Below are positions 1 to 10,493 of a stretch of 64,000 bases of DNA, piece after piece. Position 1 is the stretch's first letter. Every line of letters starts with the position of its first letter. The notes under the pieces are model-generated. The model worked only from the letters and a program-made list of their open reading frames with translations, did not search any database and had not been told where the DNA came from. Source of the DNA: Longimicrobiales bacterium (lineage in GTDB: Bacteria > Gemmatimonadota > Gemmatimonadetes > Longimicrobiales > Gaopeijiaceae); the NCBI GenBank assembly GCA_965198065.1, contig CBDAON010000004.1:2304001-2368000 (forward strand), read 5' to 3'. A program made the translations under genes and the position numbers.

Positions 1-466
1 CACTTCAAGGAGTTCAACGACCGGTACGGCTACAACAGGGGCGACCGCGTGATCCTGCTCCTCTCCATGATCCTCCGGGACGTGGTCCGCGCCTTGGCAC
101 CGGGAGGATTCGTGGGCCACATCGGGGGGGGACGACTTCATCTTCTCGGTTCCGCTAGAGCACATGGAGAAGACGTGCGACGAGATCCTCGCTCTCTTCG
201 ACGAGCTGATCCCGTTCCAGTACCACGAGAAGGATCGAAAGGCCGGTTACTACCTTGGGAAGGACCGGCGCGGGAACCTTCTTCGCATCCCGCTCATGAC
301 CCTCTCAATCGGCGTGGTCACAAATCAGTTCCAGGAGTTCGCGCACCCTGCGCAGGCCAGCGAGCTTTGCGCGGAGATGAAGACTTACGCGAAGACGCTC
401 CTGGGATCGGTATACGTCGTGGACCGGCGGCAGATCGAGGCAGCGGAAGCCCCCGCGAAGGTGTGA
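1..466 (+). CDS. 3' part of GGDEF (diguanylate cyclase) domain protein; apparent +1 frameshift in a G8 run at 124-131
   Basis: Frame 1 reads HFKEFNDRYGYNRGDRV...GHIGG. Removing one G gives GHIGGDDFIF, continuing into the frame of ORF 164..466 (..LMTLSIGVV..). The 5' end lies outside the window. Confidence 0.8.
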
Positions 467-473
467 GAGAACG

Positions 474-1403
474 TTGATCCCGGCGGCCCGATTCTTCACG
501 ACCCATTGCCCCTCCTGCTCGACCGGGTTCCCCATCGATCCCGGCAAGGTCCCCGAGGGTGGGATTGCCGCGATCTGCTCGGATTGCCGGCGCGTGTTCA
601 CGGTGGTGGTGCCCGAGGGGTACTCCACCGCGGCATCCGCCGACATCCTGGGCGGCTCGCCTCGGGAAGAACCGGATCTCCCCGCGTTCACGATCGAGGA
701 GCCTGGCATCGAGGCTCCATCTCTGGAAGTGGAAGCGGAGGACGCGGCTGATCGGCCCTCCCTCGACATCGAGCCCGACGTCGAACCGCCGGCGGAAGTG
801 GAACACGAGGCGCCAGCGGATCGCCTGGACGCCGAGCCCCTTCCGGGCGCGGCCCTGCTCCTGGACGACGAGCTTCCCGACTCGCCCGCCGCCGCAGCGC
901 CTCCGGCCGCCACGGAGGATCCGCCGACGAAGGTCCCGGAGCCACCTCCCACCTCGACTCCCACCGCCGATCCGGGTTCGACAGCCCCGGCTCCGAAGGC
1001 CGAGCCGAAGCCGGCGGCGCAGCCGCCCGAGACCGAACCGCGGCCGGACCCCACCTACGTGGACCTCAGCCGCCTTGCGAACGAGGCCCTGGCCGACGAA
1101 GCGCCGGCCCCGCCAATGGCAGGGAAGTCGGCGACAGCGGGAAGTCAGCGGTTCGGTAAGCGGGACCCGCACGAGCGGGCTCAGCACCTGGCCCGCGTGC
1201 TCGTCTCCGACATCATCGCGTACTATCCGGTCCGGTACCAGGATGCGCTCTCCAAGGGTACTCTCGCGGAGGACTTCGCGAACGAGATCAAGAAATCGTT
1301 CAGGGAGTTCACGGATCAGGTCGGAGCCGAGATGGCCGAATCAACACCTTACTTCAACCAGGCGTTGAACGAAGTCCTCGCCCGCGGGAAGCAGGTCTTC
1401 TGA
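474..1403 (+). CDS. Zinc-ribbon (MJ0042-like) protein with Pro/Ala/Glu-rich linker and helical C-terminal domain
   Basis: CPSC...CSDC pair at the N-terminus, low-complexity middle, C-terminal DPHERAQHLARVLVSDII..YFNQALNEVL. Confidence 0.7.
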   Translation: MIPAARFFTTHCPSCSTGFPIDPGKVPEGGIAAICSDCRRVFTVVVPEGYSTAASADILGGSPREEPDLPAFTIEEPGIEAPSLEVEAEDAADRPSLDIEPDVEPPAEVEHEAPADRLDAEPLPGAALLLDDELPDSPAAAAPPAATEDPPTKVPEPPPTSTPTADPGSTAPAPKAEPKPAAQPPETEPRPDPTYVDLSRLANEALADEAPAPPMAGKSATAGSQRFGKRDPHERAQHLARVLVSDIIAYYPVRYQDALSKGTLAEDFANEIKKSFREFTDQVGAEMAESTPYFNQALNEVLARGKQVF

Positions 1404-1443
1404 CGCCGTTCCCCGAACGGGCGTCCCCTGGGATGTCTGCCCG

Positions 1444-2554
1444 ATGAATTCCGACAAGCTCCAACATGTCAGACGGCTCCGCCAACGGGTCCAGGACCTG
1501 AGGGGGTTCCTTTGACCTGCATCACCGGGAGCGCAGGATCGAGGAGCTCGAGGCACGAATGGCAGAGCCCGACTTCTGGAGTCGTCCGGAGCACGCTCGC
1601 GAGGTCATGGCTGAAGCCACGCGCCTGAAGAGCTGGCTCGGGCCGTGGTCGAAGATCGACGGGAAGACGGCGGAGCTCCTCGAGATGGCGGAGCTCCTGA
1701 AGGAAGAGCCGGACGCCGGGCTCGAGGAGGAGTGGGACCGAGAGCTGGCTACTGCGGAGGACGGGGTGGACGAGCTGGAGCTCCGAACCATGCTCCAGGG
1801 CGAGAACGACCAGCGGGGCGCGATCCTCACGATTCATCCGGGGGCGGGGGGCACCGAGTCGCAGGAGTGGGCCGAGATGCTGATGCGCATGTATGGCCGC
1901 TGGGCCGAGAGGCATGGGTACGACGTCGAAGTTCTGGACCGGCAGCCGGGGGAGGAGGCCGGAATCAAGAGTGCCGCGCTCCAGGTCTCCGGGGAGTCCG
2001 CCTTCGGATTTTTGAAGGCGGAGAAGGGCGTGCACCGCCTGGTCCGGATCTCTCCGTTCGACGCGCAGTCGCGCCGACATACCTCCTTCGCGTCCGTCTT
2101 CGTCTATCCCCAGGTAGAGGACGACGCCGAGATCGAAGTGGACGAGAGCGACCTGAGGATCGATACGTATCGGTCTTCGGGCGCCGGAGGGCAGCACGTG
2201 AACAAGACCGACTCGGCCGTACGCATCACGCACGTTCCAACCAGGATCGTAGTGTCGTGCCAGAAGGAGCGCTCCCAGCACAAGAACAAGTCCACGGCAA
2301 TGAAGATGCTGCGAGCGGCCCTGCTCGAGCGTGCGCAGGCAGAGAAAGAGAAAGAGCGCGAGGCGGTCGAGGCGGAGAAGACGGACATCGCCTGGGGAAA
2401 CCAGATCCGCTCGTACGTCTTCCAGCCGTATACGATGGTGAACGACCATCGCACGGAGCTGAAGGTGAGCGACGTAGAAGGCGTCATGGACGGCGATCTC
2501 GATCCCTTCATCCGTGCGTACCTGAAGCAGGCCGGGGCGAGGGCCCGGACGTGA
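1444..2554 (+). CDS. prfB: Peptide chain release factor 2, with programmed +1 frameshift
   Basis: ATG 1444 reads MNSDKL..RGFL to CTT-TGA-C (1510-1516). The +1 frame joins ORF 1559..2554, which has the SPF and GGQ motifs. Confidence 0.96.
1501..1516 (+). promoter_or_regulatory. RF2 autoregulatory frameshift site
   Basis: Internal SD AGGGGG (1501-1506), 3 nt spacer, then CTTTGAC; the canonical RF2 arrangement. Confidence 0.95.
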
Positions 2555-2578
2555 GCGCCCGTTCATGAGTGGACGGGC

Positions 2579-4138
<1,560 letters not shown>

Positions 4139-4190
4139 GAGCGTGCCCGCTGCGTCCGCGAGGGGGGCCGGCTGGCGGAGCGTTCCGCAC

Positions 4191-5441
4191 GTGAAAGCCC
4201 TCTCCTGGTTTCTCGCCCGACGGTACCTGGCTTCCCGTAAGAAGGGCCGGCTCCTCTCGTTCATCACGTGGATCGCCCTGGGCGGGATCACCGTCGGGGT
4301 CACGGCCCTCATCGTAGTCCTCGCGGTCATGAACGGCGCCCAGGAGGAGCTCTACGACAAGATCCTGGGGTCCACGCCCCATGTGATCGTGCTCGAGCGG
4401 GGACCCTCCCTCCGGATGAACGGCTGGCAGGAGGTGGCCGAGCGCGTCAGAGCGATCCCTCGGGTGGAGGCCGTTGCGCCCTTCGCCCTCTCCAACGTGA
4501 TCGTGGCCCGCGGAGACGAGTACGTGCAGGCCGCAGACCTCTACGGCGTGGCCCTGGACACGGACCAGGAACAGGCCGTGACCCGGATGGAAGCCGATAT
4601 CTCCCGGGGGATCCTCGACCTGGGTCCGACCCGGTCGGGAGCGCCGCCCCTGGTCGCCGGGGCCCGTTTGGCGGAGCGGATGGCGCTCTTCCCCGGGGAC
4701 AGCGTCCTCGTGTACTCGCTCGAGCACCTGGGCACGAACCCCATGGGCTATCCGCAGCTGCGCATGCGGGAGTTCGAGGTCACGGGGACGTTCGAGACCG
4801 GGATGTACGACTACGACATTGGAAACCTCTACGGCTCCCTCGAGTGGGTTCAGTCGCTCCTCGGAATGGGAGCGGATGAGGTTTCCGGGCTCGGGGTCCG
4901 GATCGAGGACCCGTGGGCCGCGAGCGAGGTCGCCCGCGAGATGCAGGAGGCGCTCGGCTTCCCGTATTTTGCGGAGAGCTGGATCACCACGAACCAGACG
5001 CTCTTTTCGGCGCTCGAGCTCGAGAAGCTGGCGATGGCGGTGATCCTGTTCCTGATCGTGATCGTTGCCGCCTTCAATATCGTGAGCACCCTCGTGATGG
5101 TCGTCGTGGATCGGACCTCCGAGATCGGGATCCTCAAGTCCATGGGCATGACGGACGGACAGGTATTGAAGGTCTTCCTCCTCCAGGGGATGGCGATCGG
5201 CGTGCTCGGCACCATGCTCGGGTCGGGAATCGGCCTGTTCCTCACGTGGATCCTCCTCCGCTTCGAGATCATCGAAATCCCACCCGACGTGTACTTCATC
5301 GAGCGCCTTCCCGTGTCGGTGAATCCCGTGGACGTCCTGGTGATCGTAGGGGGGAGCTTCCTCATCTCCCTCCTGGCCACGATCTACCCGGCGCTCCAGG
5401 CCTCCCGCCTCCTGCCGGTGGAGGCGATCCGTCGTGAGTGA
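4191..5441 (+). CDS. lolE: Lipoprotein-releasing ABC transporter permease (LolC/E family)
   Basis: FLARRYL..SFITWIALGGITVGVTALIVVLAVMNG and AAFNIVSTLVMVV..EIGILKSMG; next to lolD. The start could also be GTG 4143. Confidence 0.88.
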   Translation: MKALSWFLARRYLASRKKGRLLSFITWIALGGITVGVTALIVVLAVMNGAQEELYDKILGSTPHVIVLERGPSLRMNGWQEVAERVRAIPRVEAVAPFALSNVIVARGDEYVQAADLYGVALDTDQEQAVTRMEADISRGILDLGPTRSGAPPLVAGARLAERMALFPGDSVLVYSLEHLGTNPMGYPQLRMREFEVTGTFETGMYDYDIGNLYGSLEWVQSLLGMGADEVSGLGVRIEDPWAASEVAREMQEALGFPYFAESWITTNQTLFSALELEKLAMAVILFLIVIVAAFNIVSTLVMVVVDRTSEIGILKSMGMTDGQVLKVFLLQGMAIGVLGTMLGSGIGLFLTWILLRFEIIEIPPDVYFIERLPVSVNPVDVLVIVGGSFLISLLATIYPALQASRLLPVEAIRRE

Positions 5442-6174
5442 CGTGGAACCGATCCGTGGAGCGCCAGAGGCGGGGGGCGAGGCGGGAAATGGAACGCCGA
5501 TCCCTGTCCGTGCGTTAGGGGTCCGGAGGAACTACCGGTTGGGCGACGGGAGCGAACTGGAGGTCCTCCGGGGGGTAGACCTACGCGTTTCGGAAGCGGA
5601 GACCGTCGCCGTTGTGGGAACCAGCGGGGCGGGGAAGTCTACGCTTCTCCACCTGCTCGGGGCGCTGGATGTCCCGACGGCGGGCGAGATTGAGCTCGGT
5701 GGGGAGGCGCTCGCCGGCCTCTCCTCCGTCGAGCTCGCGCGGTTGCGGAATCGCTATGTCGGATTCGTGTTCCAGTTCCACCACCTCCTACGTGAGTTCT
5801 CCGCGCTCGAGAACGTCATGATGCCACGCCTAATCTCGGGGGCCTCGCCGGCCGGCGCTGAGGAGCGCGCGCTAGATCTGCTCCGGGCGGTGGGGCTCGG
5901 CGACCGGCTGGGTCACCGCCCCTGGCAGCTGTCGGGGGGGGAGCAGCAGCGGGTCGCGGTGGCTCGGGCCCTCGCGGCCGAGCCCCGCGTTCTCCTCGCG
6001 GACGAGCCGTCCGGAAACCTCGATTCGCGGACGAGCGAAGGCCTCCACGAGGTGCTCTTCCGGCTCCAGGACGAGCGCCGGATCGCCCTCGTTCTGGTGA
6101 CCCACAACCGCGAGCTCGCTGCCCGTGCCGACCGGACCCTGCACCTCCACGACGGAGTACTGTCCGAGGAATGA
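5434..6174 (+). CDS. lolD: Lipoprotein-releasing ABC transporter ATPase
   Basis: Walker A GTSGAGKST, LSGGEQQRVA, ADEPSGNLD, FVFQFHHLL. Confidence 0.9.
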   Translation: MSDVEPIRGAPEAGGEAGNGTPIPVRALGVRRNYRLGDGSELEVLRGVDLRVSEAETVAVVGTSGAGKSTLLHLLGALDVPTAGEIELGGEALAGLSSVELARLRNRYVGFVFQFHHLLREFSALENVMMPRLISGASPAGAEERALDLLRAVGLGDRLGHRPWQLSGGEQQRVAVARALAAEPRVLLADEPSGNLDSRTSEGLHEVLFRLQDERRIALVLVTHNRELAARADRTLHLHDGVLSEE

Positions 6175-6254
6175 TCGAGGGATGCTCAGCGGGAGCGCGG
6201 TGCGACACGGGCCGCGCCCTTCGTGCCCGGCATCCCTGAGGCCGGGGAGGAGAG

Positions 6255-6752
6255 ATGACGTGCCATAGCTGCGGGTCGGAGAAGGCAGTCGTTCATCTGA
6301 CCCAGATCGTGGACAACGAGATGCGCACACTTCACCTCTGTGAGCGATGCGCCGTCGAGAAGGGGCTCGAGACCTCGACGGTCCCGGAGAACTTTCCGCT
6401 GACCGACCTCCTGGCCCAGATCGACCGTGAGGAGCGCGCGACGGCCACCGAGGCGTCGGCGCCCGAGTGCGCGTTTTGTGGGCTGACGCTCCAGAGCTTC
6501 AAGGAAGTCGGTAGGCTCGGCTGCCCGCACTGCTGGTCCACGTTCGAGGGGCAGCTCCGGGGCCTGGCCCGAAGGATTCACGGCGGATCCCAGCACGTGG
6601 GGAAGGTCTACCTCTCGGCCGATCCGAGCGTCTCGGAGCGCGAGAAGCGAGTCGAGGCCCTGAGAAGAAAGCTCCTCCGCGCCGTGGAGCTCGAGGACTT
6701 CGAGCGGGCTGTCGAGATTCGGGACGAGATCCGGGACATGGAGCCGGCCTGA
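6255..6752 (+). CDS. mcsA: McsA, activator of protein-arginine kinase
   Basis: Four CxxC motifs, GRLGCPHC, HVGK, C-terminal UVR motif (EDFERAVEIRDEI); upstream of mcsB and clpC. Confidence 0.9.
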   Translation: MTCHSCGSEKAVVHLTQIVDNEMRTLHLCERCAVEKGLETSTVPENFPLTDLLAQIDREERATATEASAPECAFCGLTLQSFKEVGRLGCPHCWSTFEGQLRGLARRIHGGSQHVGKVYLSADPSVSEREKRVEALRRKLLRAVELEDFERAVEIRDEIRDMEPA

Positions 6753-6828
6753 CCGTGCGCCGAGCCGGCCCGACCGTATCCCCGGCAGATCGCGCCCACG
6801 GCGACCCGCGCCGCGACCCCGACCGCCG

Positions 6829-7959
6829 ATGAACGGAAGCCTTCCCTTCGACGAGTTCGGCCTCGGCTGGCTGGATGCACGTGGGGAGCATCCCGACATC
6901 GTCTTGTCCACCCGGGTTCGGCTCGCCCGGAATCTCCAGGGGTTCGCCTTCGGACCCAGAGCGCGGGTGAACGACCGCACGGCTGTGCTCGAGCGCGTGA
7001 CGGCCGCGTGCGAGCGCGTGCCGCTCCTCCAGGGGGGACACGTGCAGGAACTCTCGGCCCTGAACCCCAGGGGGCGACGCCTCCTCCTCGAGCGGCGACT
7101 CGCGTCGAGAGACCTGGTCGAGGAGAACGGGTCATCGGTGCCCAAGGGGACGGCGGTCGTGGTCACGCCCGGGCGGCCCCTTTCCGTGATGGTGAATGAG
7201 GAAGACCACCTGCGCCTACAGACGCTGTTCTCGGGTCTCCGGCTCCGCGAGGCGTGGGACCTTCTGGACGATCTGGACGACGAGCTGGGGCGCGAGGTGC
7301 CATTCGCGTACCACCCCGAGTTCGGATTCCTTACCAGCTGCCCCACAAACGTCGGGACGGGGCTCCGTGCCTCGGTCCTGATGCACCTTCCCGCGCTGGT
7401 CTTGACGAAGGAGATCGGAAAGGTGCTCCAGGGCCTCGGCCAGGTGGGTCTCACATTCCGGGGGCTCTACGGCGAGGGGTCCGAGGTGGTGGGCAACTTC
7501 TTCCAGGTCTCCAACCAGACCACGCTGGGCAAGAGCGAGGACGACCTGGTCGACCACCTGGATCGGATCGTCCGGCAGGTGATTCAGTACGAGACCCAGG
7601 CGCGCCAGGTGCTCCTCCGGGACGCGGGGGCCGTGACAGAGGACAAGATTTGGCGGGCCTACGGTTTACTCCGTTACGCCCGGTCCCTATCCTTCGAGGA
7701 GCTCATGAACTTGCTGAGCGGCGTGCGCCTTGGAGCGAGCCTGAAACTACTCCCGGGCCTCCGTGTATATTCGCTCAACAAGATCGTGATCTTCACCCAA
7801 TCGGCCCATCTGGAAGAAGCGGCTGGCCGAGACCTCTCCCCGGCGGAGAGCGACATCCACCGAGCGTCCTTCGTGAGGCGAGTTCTCGCCGCCGAAGGCG
7901 CGGTGTCCACGGATGACGAGGCGTCTGAGGGGGACGCCCCCCCGGGCGAACCCGGATGA
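6829..7959 (+). CDS. mcsB: Protein-arginine kinase McsB
   Basis: STRVRLARN, NEEDHLR, SCPTNVGTGLRAS, RGLYGEGS, QVSNQTTLG. Confidence 0.93.
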   Translation: MNGSLPFDEFGLGWLDARGEHPDIVLSTRVRLARNLQGFAFGPRARVNDRTAVLERVTAACERVPLLQGGHVQELSALNPRGRRLLLERRLASRDLVEENGSSVPKGTAVVVTPGRPLSVMVNEEDHLRLQTLFSGLRLREAWDLLDDLDDELGREVPFAYHPEFGFLTSCPTNVGTGLRASVLMHLPALVLTKEIGKVLQGLGQVGLTFRGLYGEGSEVVGNFFQVSNQTTLGKSEDDLVDHLDRIVRQVIQYETQARQVLLRDAGAVTEDKIWRAYGLLRYARSLSFEELMNLLSGVRLGASLKLLPGLRVYSLNKIVIFTQSAHLEEAAGRDLSPAESDIHRASFVRRVLAAEGAVSTDDEASEGDAPPGEPG

Positions 7960-7990
7960 CGCCCGAGCCCGATCCTTCTCGAGGGCCGAA

Positions 7991-10489
7991 ATGAACTACA
8001 ACTTCACGGATCGCGTCCGCAAAGTGCTTGCGATGGCCCGGGACGAGGCCATCCGTCTCCAGCACGACTACGTCGGGACCGAGCACGTCCTGCTCGGCCT
8101 GATCCGGGAGGGCGAGGGGGTCGCGGCGGCGGTGCTCACGAACCTGAGCGCGGATCTCGACCAGGTGCACGAGCGCATCGAGGAGGCGATCAAGAAGGGG
8201 AAGGCGACGATCGCTCTGGGGGAGCTTCCCTATACGTCCCGAGCCAAGAAGGTCCTCGAGTTCGCGATGGCCGAAGCCCGGGAGATGAGCCACTCCTACG
8301 TCGGTACCGAGCACCTGCTGCTGGGGCTCCTCCGCGAGGAGAAGGGCGTGGCGGCCCAGGTGCTGGGCTCCCTCGGGATCTCGCTGGAGGATGCCCGAGC
8401 CGAGACGCTCAAGGTCCTGGGCTCCGAGATGAGCGGGGGAGGGGGCCCCTCCGAGCCGGCCGGCATCGGGGGCGGTGGCTCCCCCACCCCCGGAGGCGGC
8501 GCAAAGGGGGAGAAGAAGTCCAAGACTCCCGCGCTGGACCACTTCTGCCGGGACCTGACCGATCTCGCTCATCAGGGCAAGCTGGATCCCACCATCGGGC
8601 GGACGACCGAGATCGAGCGCGTGATCGAGATCCTCTGCCGCCGGAAGAAGAACAACCCTGTCCTGATCGGGGAGCCTGGCGTGGGGAAGACCGCGATCGT
8701 CGAGGGACTTGCCCAGCTCATCGCCCGGAGCGAGGTGACCGAGGCGTTGAAGGACCACCGCGTGCTCGCGCTCGACATGGCGGCCGTGATCGCGGGGACG
8801 AAGTACCGCGGTCAGTTCGAGGAGCGGCTCAAGGCCGTCATGAACGAGATCTCCCAAAACAAGAACGTCGTGCTCTTCATCGACGAGCTTCACACGCTCG
8901 TCGGCGCGGGAGCGGCGGAGGGCGCGATCGACGCCTCGAACATGCTGAAGCCGGCCCTCGCCAGGGGTGAGCTCCAATGCATCGGGGCCTCGACCCTGAA
9001 CGAGTACCGGAAGTACATCGAGAAGGATGGGGCGCTGGAGCGCCGATTCCAGCCGGTCATCGTCGATCCGCCCGCGGTCGAGGAAACGCTCGAGATCCTG
9101 AAGGGGCTCCGCGCCCACTACGAGGACCACCACCGGGTGGTGATTCCGGACGACGCGCTGAACACGGCCTCCCGTCTCTCGGATCGCTACATCACGGACC
9201 GGTTCCTTCCGGACAAGGCGATCGACGTGATCGACGAGGCCGGGGCCAGGGCCCGGATCGCGGCCCAGGTACCACCACCCGACATGGAGGAGATGAAGGA
9301 CGAGCTAGGTCGGATCGGGGAGCGGAAGGAGTCAGCGATCCGTGACCAGGACTTCGAGCGGGCCGCTGAGCTCCGGGATGAGGAGCGGGAGGTTCAGCAT
9401 CGGATCAAGGTCCGCCAGGACGAGTGGGAGGCCGAGCGCCGCGAGAACCGTCCCGAGATCTCCACGGAAGACGTAGCCTTCATCGTCTCGCGATGGACCG
9501 GGATTCCGGTCATGCGCTTCCAACAGGCCGAGACCGACCGCCTCGTGAACATGGAGGCGGAGCTCCACAAGCGCGTGGTCGGGCAGGACGATGCCATTGC
9601 CTCGATCTCCCGGGCGATCCGGCGAAGCCGCGCGGGGCTCAAGGATCCACGGCGGCCGATCGGCTCGTTCATCTTCTCCGGACCGACCGGCGTCGGGAAG
9701 ACGGAGCTCGCCCGCGCCCTCGCGGAATTCCTCTTCGCGGATCGGGACGCGCTCATCCGTGTGGACATGAGCGAGTACATGGAGAAGTTCTCCGTCTCGA
9801 GGCTCATCGGGGCGCCGCCGGGATACGTCGGATACGAGGACTCGGGAGCGCTCACGAAGGCGGTCCGACGGCGCCCGTACTCCGTGGTGCTCCTGGACGA
9901 GATCGAGAAGGCGCATCCGGACGTGTTCAACATCCTCCTCCAGGTCCTGGACGAGGGGCATCTGACGGACAACTACGGTCGGATGATCGACTTCAAGAAC
10001 ACCGTCCTGATCATGACGTCGAACCTGGGTGCGCGGGACATCACCAAGGGGGCCGGCGTCGGATTCCACACCAAGGATCCTCTGTCCAACTACGAGGTGA
10101 TGCGCGACAAGGTCCGGGAAGAGATCGAGCGGGCGTTCAACCCCGAGTTCCTGAACCGGATCGACGACACGATCGTGTTCCATCCGCTTACCCGTGAAGA
10201 GATCGGACAAGTCGTTCATATCCTCCTGTCCGACGTGGAGGGGCGGCTGCGCGAGGAGGAGCTCACGCTCAAGGTGACGGACGCGGCCGTGGACTTCCTG
10301 GTGGACAAGGGATACGACCAGAAGTTCGGAGCGCGGCCACTTCGCCGCGCGATTCAGAGGTACCTCGAGGATCCGCTCTCCGAGAAGATCCTCGTCTCCC
10401 ACTTCGGAGCGGGAGCCGAGATCGAGGTGGATGTGGACCCCGATGGGGGCCGCCTCTTGCTTCGCGAAGCTTCCGCAACCAAGACCTGA
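7991..10489 (+). CDS. clpC: ATP-dependent Clp protease ATPase ClpC
   Basis: Clp-N repeats ([18 protein letters not shown]), two Walker A motifs ([16 protein letters not shown]), UVR middle domain, GARPLRR. Confidence 0.95.
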   Translation: MNYNFTDRVRKVLAMARDEAIRLQHDYVGTEHVLLGLIREGEGVAAAVLTNLSADLDQVHERIEEAIKKGKATIALGELPYTSRAKKVLEFAMAEAREMSHSYVGTEHLLLGLLREEKGVAAQVLGSLGISLEDARAETLKVLGSEMSGGGGPSEPAGIGGGGSPTPGGGAKGEKKSKTPALDHFCRDLTDLAHQGKLDPTIGRTTEIERVIEILCRRKKNNPVLIGEPGVGKTAIVEGLAQLIARSEVTEALKDHRVLALDMAAVIAGTKYRGQFEERLKAVMNEISQNKNVVLFIDELHTLVGAGAAEGAIDASNMLKPALARGELQCIGASTLNEYRKYIEKDGALERRFQPVIVDPPAVEETLEILKGLRAHYEDHHRVVIPDDALNTASRLSDRYITDRFLPDKAIDVIDEAGARARIAAQVPPPDMEEMKDELGRIGERKESAIRDQDFERAAELRDEEREVQHRIKVRQDEWEAERRENRPEISTEDVAFIVSRWTGIPVMRFQQAETDRLVNMEAELHKRVVGQDDAIASISRAIRRSRAGLKDPRRPIGSFIFSGPTGVGKTELARALAEFLFADRDALIRVDMSEYMEKFSVSRLIGAPPGYVGYEDSGALTKAVRRRPYSVVLLDEIEKAHPDVFNILLQVLDEGHLTDNYGRMIDFKNTVLIMTSNLGARDITKGAGVGFHTKDPLSNYEVMRDKVREEIERAFNPEFLNRIDDTIVFHPLTREEIGQVVHILLSDVEGRLREEELTLKVTDAAVDFLVDKGYDQKFGARPLRRAIQRYLEDPLSEKILVSHFGAGAEIEVDVDPDGGRLLLREASATKT

Positions 10490-10493
10490 CGAG

